Below, piece by piece: positions 8,817 through 19,058 of a DNA stretch of 64,000 nucleotides. Each line of letters starts with the position of its first letter. Positions within the stretch are counted from its first letter, which is position 1. Position numbers and translations under genes: made by a program. The notes below the pieces were generated by a model. The model saw nothing but the letters and a program-made list of their open reading frames with translations. It was not told the origin of the DNA and did not search any database. Origin of the DNA: an uncultured Oscillospiraceae bacterium (GTDB taxonomy: Bacteria > Bacillota > Clostridia > Oscillospirales > Ruminococcaceae); assembly GCA_964486925.1 (NCBI GenBank), contig CAZAOY010000002.1, forward strand, positions 14,226-78,225. Direction: 5' to 3'.

Positions 8817-9893
8817 ATGTTTGAGAAACTAGAGTTTACCCAGGAGAGGTATAACGAGATAAACGAAAAGCTGATGGATCCTAACATTATAAGTGATAAC
8901 AACCAGTACAAGAATCTAATGCGCGAGTATAAGAATCTTACCCCTGTTATCGAGAAGTTTATCGAGTATAAGGCGGCTAGGGATGCTTTTGACGAGGCGA
9001 AGGAGATGTTAAACGAAGGGGGGCTGGATAAGGACTTTAAAGAGATTGTACAAGAACAGTACGACCAGAATAAAGAGCTTATGGCGACCCTTGGCGAGGA
9101 GCTTAAGATTCTACTGCTACCACGTGACCCTAACGATGACCGCAGTGTTATTATGGAGATCCGCGGAGGTGCGGGGGGCGACGAATCGGCGCTATTTGCC
9201 CATTCATTATTTAGGATGTACTCTATGTATGCCGAGTCAAAGCGATTTAAGATAGATATCATAAGCCTTAACGAAACCGAGCTTGGTGGTATTAAGGAGG
9301 TTTCCTTTGCTATTGAGGGGGAGGGAGCGTACTCACGGCTTAAGTTTGAAAGCGGGGTACATCGTGTACAGCGTGTTCCCGAAACGGAATCACAAGGACG
9401 GGTTCACACCTCTACCGCAACGGTAGCGGTACTTCCAGAGGTTGAGGAGGTCGAGATTGACATTAACCCTGCCGACCTACAGATCGATACCTTTAGGGCA
9501 AGCGGAGCGGGCGGACAGCACATTAACAAGACCGAATCCGCAATCCGTATCACCCATATACCGTCGGGTGTAGTGGTAGAGTGTCAGGATGAGAGAAGTC
9601 AACATAAGAACAAGGATAAAGCGCTTAAGATTATCCGTTCTAAGCTATATGAAACCAAGATGCAAGAGCAGAATGATGCAGTAGCGTCCGAAAGAAAAGC
9701 GCAGGTAGGTTCGGGGGATCGCTCCGAACGTATCAGAACCTACAATTACCCTCAAAAACGTCTAACCGACCATAGGATAGGCTACACCTCATACCAGCTT
9801 GAGGCACATCTAAACGGTGACCTTGACGGCTTGTTTGATGCGTTAGCTACCGCCGATCAAGCGGCAAAGCTAGCGGCGGCGGGTGAGAAGTAG
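8817..9893 (+). CDS. prfA: Peptide chain release factor 1
   Basis: ORF 8760..9893. True start ATG 8817, after GGAGGA. RF1 stop-codon-recognition tripeptide PET (VQRVPETESQGRVHTS) and the GGQ motif (SGAGGQHINKTESAIRITHIPSG). Confidence 0.97.
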   Translation: MFEKLEFTQERYNEINEKLMDPNIISDNNQYKNLMREYKNLTPVIEKFIEYKAARDAFDEAKEMLNEGGLDKDFKEIVQEQYDQNKELMATLGEELKILLLPRDPNDDRSVIMEIRGGAGGDESALFAHSLFRMYSMYAESKRFKIDIISLNETELGGIKEVSFAIEGEGAYSRLKFESGVHRVQRVPETESQGRVHTSTATVAVLPEVEEVEIDINPADLQIDTFRASGAGGQHINKTESAIRITHIPSGVVVECQDERSQHKNKDKALKIIRSKLYETKMQEQNDAVASERKAQVGSGDRSERIRTYNYPQKRLTDHRIGYTSYQLEAHLNGDLDGLFDALATADQAAKLAAAGEK

Positions 9894-9902
9894 GCAGTGG
9901 GA

Positions 9903-11003
9903 ATGATGGATAACGATAGAATGACTAAGGGCGGATTTAGCGAGGGCGAATCCGCCCCACAACACCAAAATCAATACGACACAAAGCTACTAACCCCGAC
10001 AAAGGAAAACCTATTAATTGCCGCTCGCGAGATTAAGTCAGGGCGATTAGTCGGTATGCCGACCGAAACGGTGTACGGGCTTGCGGCGAATGCATTAGAC
10101 GAGGATGCGGTAGCTAGTATCTTTAAAGTTAAAGGACGTCCGGCGGATAACCCGCTGATAGCGCATATCTGCTGTATGGATCAGCTTAATCTGTTAGCAA
10201 GGGATATCCCACAGCTAGCATATAGGCTAGCCGAGCGGTTTTGGCCGGGGCCGTTTACCATGGTATTGGATCGGTGCAGTGGTGCGAACAGCTTTTTGAC
10301 CGGCGGGCTTGATACCGTTGCGGTACGAATGCCCGCCCATGAGGTAGCTTTAGCGCTGATTACCCAGTGCAACACACCGTTAGCCGCTCCCTCCGCAAAC
10401 CCGTCGGGCAGACCAAGCCCCACTACGGCAGAGCATGTGTACAATGACCTATACGGGCAGATAGGATACATACTGGATGGCGGAGGCTGTGATGTTGGGG
10501 TGGAGTCCACTGTAGTTAGGGTTTATGCCGACCGAGTAGAACTTCTTCGACCGGGTGCGGTAACCGTTTCCGAGATCCAGTCGGTAACAAAGGGGCGAAA
10601 GGTAATGGTTGCTAAAGGGGTTACCACTGCTGTGGAGGATGAGGTTTGTCTATCCCCAGGGCTACGGTACAAGCACTACTCACCAAAGGCGAAGGTTGTA
10701 CTGCTAGAGGGTGGGTATGGTGATTTTTGCAGGTATGTGGCTAAAAGAGCCGTTAACAGTGATAGCCGTATCGGGGTTATGTTATTTGATGATGATGAAA
10801 GGGTGCTTGATCTGCCGTATGTGACCTACGGGGGGCAGACGGATGTAAGAGAGCAGGCTAAAAGACTGTTTTCATCGCTTAGAGCACTTGATAGTTTGGA
10901 TGTTGATACTGTGTACGCACGGTTTTATAAGGATGACGAGTTAGGGCTTGCGGTCTATAACAGGCTTATCCGTGCGGCAGGATTTGAGGTAGTAACGTTA
11001 TGA
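9903..11003 (+). CDS. tsaC: L-threonylcarbamoyladenylate synthase (Sua5/YwlC long form)
   Basis: GMPTETVYGLAANA, KGRPADNPLIAH and SANPSGRPSPT motifs, plus a C-terminal Sua5 domain. The start is uncertain (GTG 9897 or ATG 9903/9906). Confidence 0.9.
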   Translation: MMDNDRMTKGGFSEGESAPQHQNQYDTKLLTPTKENLLIAAREIKSGRLVGMPTETVYGLAANALDEDAVASIFKVKGRPADNPLIAHICCMDQLNLLARDIPQLAYRLAERFWPGPFTMVLDRCSGANSFLTGGLDTVAVRMPAHEVALALITQCNTPLAAPSANPSGRPSPTTAEHVYNDLYGQIGYILDGGGCDVGVESTVVRVYADRVELLRPGAVTVSEIQSVTKGRKVMVAKGVTTAVEDEVCLSPGLRYKHYSPKAKVVLLEGGYGDFCRYVAKRAVNSDSRIGVMLFDDDERVLDLPYVTYGGQTDVREQAKRLFSSLRALDSLDVDTVYARFYKDDELGLAVYNRLIRAAGFEVVTL

Positions 11004-11596
11004 TTATTGGTCTTACAGGGCAGAGTGGTGCGGGAAAATCCACCATTAGCAGTATATTTAACAAAAAGGAATACTTTATTATTAACTGTGATGTTATTGC
11101 GCATGAGGTGATATCCACCAACAAGGACTGCTTTAGACAGCTTGTTGACGAGTTTTCCACCGCTATAGTAGATAGCGACGGCGGAATTAACCGTAAAGCG
11201 CTAGGGCGTATCTGCTTTAACGATCGGTCAAAGCTAAAAACCCTAGACACCATCACCCACCCATTTATTATAAATACCATTAAAGAAAAGATAAAATACC
11301 TAAATAATGCGGGGATTAAGAAGGTTTTACTCGACGCACCTACTCTATTTGAAGCCCATGCCGAGTGCCTTTGCGACACCATTATCTGCGTTATCGCCGA
11401 CAGCGAGCTTAGACTAAAGCGGATTATGGAGCGTGACAACATCTCTTTAGAGGACGCTACAATGAGGATTAGATCCCAACATAACGATGAGTTTTACAAG
11501 GAACGCAGTGATTATGTTGTGTACAACAACGGCTCGTTATGGCAGTTTATGAATGAGATTGAGGGAGTTATTGCAACAATAGAAGCAAAACAGTAG
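11000..11596 (+). CDS. coaE: Dephospho-CoA kinase
   Basis: 198 aa. MIIGLTGQSGAGKST P-loop at the N-terminus. There is a 4-nt overlap (ATGA) with tsaC. Confidence 0.9.
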   Translation: MIIGLTGQSGAGKSTISSIFNKKEYFIINCDVIAHEVISTNKDCFRQLVDEFSTAIVDSDGGINRKALGRICFNDRSKLKTLDTITHPFIINTIKEKIKYLNNAGIKKVLLDAPTLFEAHAECLCDTIICVIADSELRLKRIMERDNISLEDATMRIRSQHNDEFYKERSDYVVYNNGSLWQFMNEIEGVIATIEAKQ

Positions 11597-11715
11597 GGGA
11601 GCGGATAGTATCTAGTATCTAGAAGCTAGTTCTAGAAGTCACTACTACCCGCAGATTTAGTTATAGGTATACTAAAAGCTTACAACTAACTACTAAAAAC
11701 TACATGGGGGTTACG

Positions 11716-12336
11716 ATGAAGCAAAATAGGGGAACTAGACGAACCCGAAGGAAACAGACAGGGCGGTATATACTACTGCTAGCTTGTTTAGCGTTAGTTT
11801 TAGTAGCTATTCTGGCGGTAGTTAACTTCTTCTCTAACCGTGACAGCGCTAACTCCTATGACAGGTTGCGGCTTCCTAAAAAGTATTCTGAATATGTAGA
11901 GAGGTACTGCAAGGAGTTTAAGGTGGACGAGTATATCGTCTATGCGATGATGAAGCAGGAGAGCAACTTTATCCCCACAGTGGTGTCTGTTGACAATGCC
12001 AGAGGGTTAATGCAGTTAACCGAGCCTACCTTTGATTGGGTTAAGGGAAGGCTTAAGGATGGCAAAAACGTTACATTCGATGACATGTTTGACCCCGAAA
12101 TCAACATCCGTTACGGTGTATATCTGGTTTCCTATCTGGACAACAAGTTTAACAGCTTTGATAACATTGTAGTTGCCTACCATGCGGGGATGAACATTAC
12201 TGACAGGTGGCTTAAAAACAAGGAGTATTCCTCTGATGGCGTTACACTGGATGTAATACCATACAAGGATACAGCCTATCATCTTAGCAAGGTAAAGAAG
12301 TATTATGAAGAATATCTAGAGATTTACAAGAAATAA
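11716..12336 (+). CDS. Membrane-anchored lytic transglycosylase (SLT domain)
   Basis: ORF 11704..12336, with the likely start at ATG 11716. N-terminal TM anchor. SLT catalytic region AMMKQESNF...ARGLMQLT...AYHAG. Confidence 0.8.
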   Translation: MKQNRGTRRTRRKQTGRYILLLACLALVLVAILAVVNFFSNRDSANSYDRLRLPKKYSEYVERYCKEFKVDEYIVYAMMKQESNFIPTVVSVDNARGLMQLTEPTFDWVKGRLKDGKNVTFDDMFDPEINIRYGVYLVSYLDNKFNSFDNIVVAYHAGMNITDRWLKNKEYSSDGVTLDVIPYKDTAYHLSKVKKYYEEYLEIYKK

Positions 12337-12441
12337 TACCTATAGTAATAAAAACTCTAGGTGTTACGATGGATAGATTTGGTATATTCCCAATATATAT
12401 AACAATTAGTATAAACAGCGCTATGATAAAGGAGAAGGATT

Positions 12442-13860
12442 ATGAGTAGTGAGAAAAAGACCAAGGCAAAACAGCTACAGGAAAGCTTAACCCTTAAAAG
12501 GGTTAACGGTGCGGCAAAATTTTCAGCAGAGGAGATAAAAGAGATTGACGCCTTCTGCGAGGGGTACAAGACCTTTTTAGACAACAGCAAGACCGAGAGA
12601 ACCTGCGTTACCTATACAATCGGGTTACTTAAGGAGCACGGTTTTACCGAGTTTGACCCATCAAAAGCCTACAAAGCAGGGGATAAGGTTTACCTAAACA
12701 ACCGCAACAAATCTCTGATTACAGCGGTTATCGGGTCGGCTGATATAAAGGAAGGGGTATCCATCCTTGCTTCCCATATCGACTCACCACGTATCGACCT
12801 AAAGCCAAACCCTCTTTATGAGGAGGCAGAGCTTTCACTCTTTAAGACCCACTACTACGGTGGTGTAAGGAAGTATCAATGGACTGCTATCCCGCTAGCT
12901 TTGCATGGTGTGGTGGTTAAGGCTAACGGTGAAGCGGTAACGGTTTGTATCGGTGAGGATGAATCTGACCCGGTATTTTGCATAACCGATCTGCTACCTC
13001 ATCTGGCGGCTGATCAAGCTAAACGTACGCTGAACGAAGGTATCAAGGGTGAGGAGCTAAACATCCTAGTTGGTTCTCGCGCATTTGGTGAGATTGAAGC
13101 GGATGAAAACATCAGTAACAAGGTTAAGCTAAACATTCTAGCTATCCTAAACGAACGTTATGGTATGGTTGAGAAGGATTTCCTATCAGCAGAGTTTGAG
13201 ATTGTACCGGCAGGCAGGACACGTGATATCGGTTTAGACCGTAGCTTAATCGGCGGATACGGACAGGACGACCGTGTATGCGCATACACCTCATTAATGG
13301 CGACCATTGAATGTCAAAACCCAAAACACACCATCGTTAACATCTTTGGCGACAAAGAGGAGATTGGCAGTGAGGGTAACACAGGGCTTAAGTCCAGGGC
13401 GTTACAGTACTTTATCACCGACCTTGCAAAGGCAAACGGTGTATCTGGACGTTTAGTGCTTACAAACTCAAAATGTCTATCGGCGGATGTTAGTGTAGCG
13501 TTTGACCCGACCTTCCCTGACGTTACTGAAAAGTACAACGTTTCTCATCTTAACTACGGTGTTTGTCTGACTAAGTATACAGGTTCACGTGGTAAGGGCG
13601 GATCTTCCGATGCGAGCGCGGAGTTTATGGGATATGTTCGTGGTATCTTTGAAGCGGAGGATGTACTATGGCAGACCGGTGAGCTTGGTAAGGTTGACCA
13701 AGGCGGCGGCGGTACTGTTGCGGCATATATCGCTAACCTAAATGTAGACGTTGTGGACGTTGGTGTACCTGTGTTATCAATGCACGCACCGATGGAGGTA
13801 ACCTCTAAGATTGACGTTTATTCCACCTACAAGGCTTTCTTTGCATTCTGCAAGAGATAG
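12442..13860 (+). CDS. M18-family aminopeptidase
   Basis: 472 aa with RBS AAGGAGAAGG. Metal ligand motifs SHIDSPRIDLKP, GQDDRVCAY, DKEEIGSEG and SMHAPMEV. Confidence 0.85.
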   Translation: MSSEKKTKAKQLQESLTLKRVNGAAKFSAEEIKEIDAFCEGYKTFLDNSKTERTCVTYTIGLLKEHGFTEFDPSKAYKAGDKVYLNNRNKSLITAVIGSADIKEGVSILASHIDSPRIDLKPNPLYEEAELSLFKTHYYGGVRKYQWTAIPLALHGVVVKANGEAVTVCIGEDESDPVFCITDLLPHLAADQAKRTLNEGIKGEELNILVGSRAFGEIEADENISNKVKLNILAILNERYGMVEKDFLSAEFEIVPAGRTRDIGLDRSLIGGYGQDDRVCAYTSLMATIECQNPKHTIVNIFGDKEEIGSEGNTGLKSRALQYFITDLAKANGVSGRLVLTNSKCLSADVSVAFDPTFPDVTEKYNVSHLNYGVCLTKYTGSRGKGGSSDASAEFMGYVRGIFEAEDVLWQTGELGKVDQGGGGTVAAYIANLNVDVVDVGVPVLSMHAPMEVTSKIDVYSTYKAFFAFCKR

Positions 13861-13880
13861 TGATTTACAGATAATATACT

Positions 13881-13907
13881 GGGCTGTGGTAAAACACGGC
13901 CCTTTTG
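13881..13907 (+). terminator. Rho-independent terminator
   Basis: GGGCTGTG / CACGGCCC stem (one G-U), followed by TTTT. Confidence 0.6.
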
Positions 13908-14059
13908 TTATTTAAGCTGTGATAAAAAAGTTGCATTTGACTTAACCAATTAAGGGTGGGTGGCACTATATAGTAAAAAGACTATTAATTCGGCTTGCTA
14001 TAGAGCTATCCTGTTAGAAGGTAGTGTATGGCTAGGTCTAAGATTAAGGGGGTGAAGCT

Positions 14060-15607
14060 TTGGAGCAGGATAGGGTTAATCTACTAATTGCCGAAAATAT
14101 GAAGAAGATATTTTCCTTTAGCCTATCCAGAGTGGGAAACACAGCACAGGCAGAGGATTTAGCTAGCAATATCTATCTGGAGCTTTTACGCTCTTGTAAA
14201 ACCATCCGCAATGATGAGGCTTTCTATGGATTTATGTGGGGGGTAGCGCATAATGTCTACAAACGTTTTCTTCGCAAGAAAAGGACTACAGTACCATTTG
14301 AGGAATATCTGGCGGGAAATATAATGCAGATGTCGGACGAGGCTTTTGATGATAGAATTAGCTCTCTAAAAAGGGAACTATCGTTACTATCCAGTCAGTA
14401 TAGGGAATGTACCGTTTTGTATTACATAAAGAACAAATCCTGTTTGGAAATTGCCAGCACCCTTAATATCTCCGCCGAGATGGTAAAGTATTATCTGTTT
14501 AAAGCAAGAAAGCTTATAAAGGAGGGTATATCAGTGCAACGAGAGCATGGTGAGAGGAGCTACAATCCCGATGTATTTAGTATGGATTATTGGGGGACTG
14601 GCCCTAGTGATGAATACTGGAGGGTATTAAAGAGGCGGTTGCCGGGTAATATACTGCTCTCGGCATACTATGAGCCGCTGACGGTTACTGAGTTATCTAT
14701 AGAGCTTGGGGTTTCGGCTGTGTATCTTGAGGATGAGCTTGAGATATTACTAAGCCACAACCTGTTAAAACAGCTTAGAAACGGAAAATACCAGACTAAT
14801 ATAGTAATTTTCACTTTAGAATATGAAGAGGAGTGGTATAACAAAACTAAAGGGTATTACAAAAAGCTAGCCAAGAAGCTTTGTTGCTTTATTGAGGAAA
14901 ATGAGGAAGCGATTAGGGCGGTAGGGTTTAATGGCAGTGGTAGATCTAAAAACACCGTTTACTGGTATATGGTTGTGCTGTCGTTATTGCATGGATATAA
15001 CCTATCACAAAGCAGTGATGACTACCCGCTCTTGTCAAACGGCAGTCATGGTTACGTTTATGGCTACAACCGCGATTACTCCAACCATAAATTCCTCGGC
15101 ATTGAGTGCGCTAACACTAAAAGCATAACCCCTCCTTCACTTGCTACAGTTAACTATAGGGTGTTTAATTGCAATCATAGCTTTGAGAATTACAGGGCAT
15201 ATCGCGACACAATTATAGAGGTTATGCAGGGTATACCACCACACGATATTGAAGTGGCAGCACTGCTTGTACAAGGTGGATACCTGTGCTCTGACGAAGG
15301 CTTTCTAAAAGCTAACTTTCCAGTCTACACTGTGTCACAGTTTAATGAGCTATTAGAGCTACTATCCCCTATAACAAAGGAGATAGCCAGTGAGTTTTTG
15401 CAGATAAACAAGATAGCGGTAAAGATACTCTCCTCACATGTTCCAAAAGCCTTAAAGGAGCGGTGTGGTACGCTTGGGATGGTGATTAGTGGAATGGCAG
15501 CGATGGCCTGCACTGTTGAAGAAATCTGCGGACAGGGTATGCTTACCCTGCCAAAACACAAGGAGATAGTTTCGGCCTTTGGGGTTGTGGAGGGATCAGG
15601 ATGTTAA
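14060..15607 (+). CDS. Sigma-70 family (ECF-like) RNA polymerase sigma factor fused to a ~350-aa C-terminal extension
   Basis: 515 aa with a TTG start after AAGGGGG. Region 2 (AEDLASNIYLEL...FYGFMWGVAHNVY) and region 4 (ECTVLYYIKNKSCLEIASTLNISAEMVKYYLFKARKLIKEG). A wHTH-like segment follows (LTVTELSIELGVSAVYLEDELEILLSHNLLKQ), then an uncharacterised domain. Confidence 0.7.
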   Translation: MEQDRVNLLIAENMKKIFSFSLSRVGNTAQAEDLASNIYLELLRSCKTIRNDEAFYGFMWGVAHNVYKRFLRKKRTTVPFEEYLAGNIMQMSDEAFDDRISSLKRELSLLSSQYRECTVLYYIKNKSCLEIASTLNISAEMVKYYLFKARKLIKEGISVQREHGERSYNPDVFSMDYWGTGPSDEYWRVLKRRLPGNILLSAYYEPLTVTELSIELGVSAVYLEDELEILLSHNLLKQLRNGKYQTNIVIFTLEYEEEWYNKTKGYYKKLAKKLCCFIEENEEAIRAVGFNGSGRSKNTVYWYMVVLSLLHGYNLSQSSDDYPLLSNGSHGYVYGYNRDYSNHKFLGIECANTKSITPPSLATVNYRVFNCNHSFENYRAYRDTIIEVMQGIPPHDIEVAALLVQGGYLCSDEGFLKANFPVYTVSQFNELLELLSPITKEIASEFLQINKIAVKILSSHVPKALKERCGTLGMVISGMAAMACTVEEICGQGMLTLPKHKEIVSAFGVVEGSGC

Positions 15608-17364
15608 AGGGTTTTGTTTTTCTATTAAAGTACTGCTATAGCTTTAGCAAGCGGTATGTGATTACCATTGTTGCATTACAGTTTGTATCCTCCTCGATAC
15701 CGCTTGTCAGCGTAATAATGCCAAAGTATATTATCGATGAGTTAATCGGTAACAAGAGGGTTAATATGTTAGTGCTGTATATCGGAATACTGCTTGCGGT
15801 GAACTTCTTTGGAGGGATGGTTATTAGCTATCTGCGGGGGGCGTCCTTTGCCGCTAAGGGGGTTGTGTTTAACAGGTTTCAGACATTTATCGCAGAAAAG
15901 CTTGCTACCTGTGATTTTGAGCAGATAGAAAACCCAGAGTTTTTGGATATAAAGGCAAAGGCACACAAGTTTTTGTATGCAAATGGACAGGGGTTTGGGG
16001 TTGTGCTTGACAGTGCTATAAATATACTAGGTAAGGTTTTTATATTTGGTGGGTTAATTGCAATTTTGTCTACACTTAACATCCTGGTTGTGCTTTTGTT
16101 TATAGGTCTTGTACTTTTGGATTCTTTTGTAGATATGAAGATGCGCAAGAACTATGTTAAGTGGGATATGGAGAAGGCGCCTATAGAGCGAAAGACCACC
16201 TATCTTATTAATATGATTGAGGATTTTACCTTTGGTAAGGAGATTAGGCTGTATGGGCTTAAGGATTTTATACTAAAAAAGGTATCTAACCATCTGGATA
16301 ACTCTAATGAGTTTTATAAAAAGCAGGTTAAGGGTGCGGCTAAGGTGCAGTACTTTAGTACCTTCACCTCCCTCCTACGAGATGGTGTATCGTATGGTTA
16401 TCTGGTTTATCGGATACTGCTAGGGGCGATTGGGATTGGTGATTTTACTATGTATCTATCGGCAATCTCCCAGTTTTCGGGTTCTATGAATGAGGTTATG
16501 CAGTCGCTACTAAACATTAAGCAGTTTAGCGGTTACTATGACGCACTTGATAGGTATATGAACGTTTTAGCTAATATGCGTGAGGGTAAGGGATTGGCTA
16601 TTTCGGGGGATGGGTATACAATTGAGTTTAAGGATGTATCCTTTAGATACTCAGGGCAGAGCGATTATGCTTTGCAAAATGTTAATTTAACTATTAGGCA
16701 GGGCGAGAAGTTATCGGTAGTAGGGGAGAATGGAGCGGGGAAAACCACCTTTGTAAAGCTGTTAACAAGGTTATATGATCCCACCGAAGGGGTGATAACG
16801 TTAAACGGTGTTGATATACGTGATATCGATTATGACCAGTACCAGTCCATCCTATCGGCTGTGTTCCAAGACTTTAAGCTATTCTCATTTACCCTTAAAG
16901 AGAATATTGCATTTAATGATGCTATTAGAGTAGAGGACGGTATAGTAGAGGGGTGTCTTGTACGAAGTGGATTCTCTGATAAGCTAGCTAGGCTTTCAAA
17001 GGGGGTTAATAGCTATATCTACAAGAATTTTGAAGCTGATGGGTTTGAGCCATCGGGGGGCGAGGGGCAAAAGATAGCGCTAGCACGTGCGCTATATAAG
17101 GCTGCGCCTATTGTTATACTTGATGAACCCACAGCCGCACTTGACCCACGAGCTGAATATGAAATCTATCAGCATTTTAACGAGCTTGTTTTAGGAAAGA
17201 CGGCGATATACATATCCCACAGGCTATCGAGTGCACGATTTTGTGATAGAATTGTAGTATTTAAAACCGGTAGAATTGTGGAGTACGGCACACATGATGA
17301 GTTAATAAGCCAAAACAAAACCTATGCTGAGCTGTTTGGTATGCAAGCACAGTTTTATCTATAG
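15601..17364 (+). CDS. ABC exporter, fused permease/ATPase
   Basis: 587 aa. N-terminal 6-TM exporter domain, Walker A GENGAGKTT, signature PSGGEGQKIALARAL, Walker B VILDEPTAALD. The start overlaps the sigma gene stop by 7 nt. Confidence 0.9.
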   Translation: MLKGFVFLLKYCYSFSKRYVITIVALQFVSSSIPLVSVIMPKYIIDELIGNKRVNMLVLYIGILLAVNFFGGMVISYLRGASFAAKGVVFNRFQTFIAEKLATCDFEQIENPEFLDIKAKAHKFLYANGQGFGVVLDSAINILGKVFIFGGLIAILSTLNILVVLLFIGLVLLDSFVDMKMRKNYVKWDMEKAPIERKTTYLINMIEDFTFGKEIRLYGLKDFILKKVSNHLDNSNEFYKKQVKGAAKVQYFSTFTSLLRDGVSYGYLVYRILLGAIGIGDFTMYLSAISQFSGSMNEVMQSLLNIKQFSGYYDALDRYMNVLANMREGKGLAISGDGYTIEFKDVSFRYSGQSDYALQNVNLTIRQGEKLSVVGENGAGKTTFVKLLTRLYDPTEGVITLNGVDIRDIDYDQYQSILSAVFQDFKLFSFTLKENIAFNDAIRVEDGIVEGCLVRSGFSDKLARLSKGVNSYIYKNFEADGFEPSGGEGQKIALARALYKAAPIVILDEPTAALDPRAEYEIYQHFNELVLGKTAIYISHRLSSARFCDRIVVFKTGRIVEYGTHDELISQNKTYAELFGMQAQFYL

Positions 17365-17402
17365 GATATCGATACGGTAGCGAGTCTACCATATAGTACA
17401 AA

Positions 17403-17450
17403 GTAACCATGGCGAGTGGGTTGTCAATTCGTAATGGTTATTTTTGTTTT
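17403..17450 (+). terminator. Possible weak terminator
   Basis: TAACCAT / ATGGTTA stem with a large loop, followed by TTTTTGTTTTT. Confidence 0.35.
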
Positions 17451-17478
17451 TATCGGATAAGCTTATAGATAAATTTTT

Positions 17479-17508
17479 GTCATTAATGAAATCTACCCTG
17501 CATATAAT
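17479..17508 (+). promoter_or_regulatory. Possible sporulation-sigma (SigE-like) promoter of spoIIIA
   Basis: GTCATTA (17479-17485), 15 nt, then CATATAAT (17501-17508). This resembles the B. subtilis SigE -10 consensus CATACAnT. It is a match by eye only. Confidence 0.3.
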
Positions 17509-17573
17509 GTTTGTGTACAAGCTAAATTGTGGCTCACAAAAATAAAAACGTTAAAAAGCAAGGAGTGTAAAGG

Positions 17574-18506
17574 ATGGAATGTTATAACAGTGCGGCTAGG
17601 GCATTGCCTAAAAAGCTGTCGGACATGCTAATGCAGGTAGAGGATGGGATTAAGGCACAGACCTATGACATAAAGCTTAAGGCGGGGAGTGCTATCCAGC
17701 TACGAAGCAGGGATAAAACGCTGTTTTTATCCAATAACGGCAACCTTAGTGTGATTATGGACAAGAACTTCTATCGGGTGACGGTGGAGGATATAAAGGA
17801 AGCGGTTAAGGTGCTGACAAACTATTCGCTACATAGCAGTAAAAACCAGATTGACAACGGATTTATCACCATCGACAAGGGACACCGTGCGGGGCTTAGC
17901 GGGAGCTATACCGGCGGGGAGAGTAGCTTTTCGGTGCGGGATTTTAATAGTATAAACCTGCGTATCGCGCGCCAGATTAAGGGGGTGTCGGCACAGGTTT
18001 GTAACCGTATCTTTAGGGAGCGGCTTGCCAGTGTGCTAATAGTTGGCAGACCTTCTTCGGGCAAGACCACGCTTATACGGGATATCGCCTATCGTATGGG
18101 GAGTAAGCAGGTGTTAGGGCGGTATATTAACCTTTCGGTGGTGGATACACGATGTGAGCTTGCGGCTACCTATAACGGAATATCGGCATTTGACCTTGGG
18201 GAAACCACCAGTGTGTTTTCGGGGTATCCTAAGGAGTTTGGGGTGATGACTGCGCTTAAGACCATGTCCCCTTCTGTAATAATGCTTGATGAGATTGGTA
18301 GCCTTAGCGAGTATGAGGCGGTAAGAGCCTGCTTAAATGCGGGGGTGGAGGTTATCGCCACGGCGCACAGCAGTACCATCGAGCAAGCACTGCGACGTGA
18401 CTTTATTAGACGCGCAGTGGACGAGGGGTGCTTTGAGTATATAGTGCTAATCGATGACGGCTGTAGGATTAAGGAGATAAGTCGGGTGGGGGAGGATAGG
18501 ATATGA
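17574..18506 (+). CDS. spoIIIAA: Stage III sporulation protein AA (ATPase)
   Basis: 310 aa. Walker A GRPSSGKTTLIRD, Walker B VIMLDEIG. It is the first gene of a cluster followed by AB-AE homologues. Confidence 0.9.
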   Translation: MECYNSAARALPKKLSDMLMQVEDGIKAQTYDIKLKAGSAIQLRSRDKTLFLSNNGNLSVIMDKNFYRVTVEDIKEAVKVLTNYSLHSSKNQIDNGFITIDKGHRAGLSGSYTGGESSFSVRDFNSINLRIARQIKGVSAQVCNRIFRERLASVLIVGRPSSGKTTLIRDIAYRMGSKQVLGRYINLSVVDTRCELAATYNGISAFDLGETTSVFSGYPKEFGVMTALKTMSPSVIMLDEIGSLSEYEAVRACLNAGVEVIATAHSSTIEQALRRDFIRRAVDEGCFEYIVLIDDGCRIKEISRVGEDRI

Positions 18507-19012
18507 AGCTTGCCTTGTTAATTATGATTATGATGGTCGGGGTGACGATTGGGGTGTATGTAAAGGGGTGTTATCTTCGTAGAGAGCGGCTTTTAATGGC
18601 GTACATACAGGCATTTGAGCGGATACTTCTTCATGTCACCATCGAGAACAAGCCCACCTTTGATATAATAGAGCAGATCAATGAGGATGAACGGTTTAAG
18701 GACTGCACAGTATTCTCATACTGCAACGACAGGCTAAAGAATGGAGAAGGGTTTGAAAGCGGGTATCGCCATGCAGTGGAGCAAGCCTTTACAAAGACCC
18801 CTCTACTGACCGAGGATGTAGCGGTTATAGCAGAGCTTTCGCAGGTTTTGGGCGGGTACGAAACGGACGAGCTTGCAAGCCAGTTAAGGGTGATGATAAG
18901 TAAGCTAAAACAGCTTTATAACGATGCGGTAACCCTTACCAAGACGCAGGGAAAGATGTATCAAACGCTAATAAGCCTAGGTTTCGTAGCGGTTTCGATA
19001 GTACTACTTTAA
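18503..19012 (+). CDS. spoIIIAB: Stage III sporulation protein AB
   Basis: 169 aa with an N-terminal and a C-terminal TM helix. The size, operon position and 4-nt overlap with spoIIIAA all fit. Confidence 0.75.
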   Translation: MKLALLIMIMMVGVTIGVYVKGCYLRRERLLMAYIQAFERILLHVTIENKPTFDIIEQINEDERFKDCTVFSYCNDRLKNGEGFESGYRHAVEQAFTKTPLLTEDVAVIAELSQVLGGYETDELASQLRVMISKLKQLYNDAVTLTKTQGKMYQTLISLGFVAVSIVLL

Positions 19013-19058
19013 AGGGAAGAGCTATTTGTGCCAAATAGCACAAGGAATGGAGATTAAC

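Noticed and set aside
8717-9262. 181-aa antisense ORF over the 5' part of prfA, and the N-terminal extension of the prfA ORF from 8760.
   Set aside because: prfA is unambiguous (GGQ and PET motifs). The antisense product is Ser/Ile-rich low-complexity sequence. The RF1 N-terminus starts at MFEKLE (ATG 8817), which has a GGAGGA RBS.
8817-11003. prfA is followed directly by tsaC/sua5, without the usual prmC (hemK) gene between them.
   Set aside because: Gene order around prfA varies among Firmicutes, and prmC may lie elsewhere. The NPPY methyltransferase at 30078..30824 looks like TrmN6 (ARHE motif) rather than PrmC. There is not enough evidence of anything unusual.
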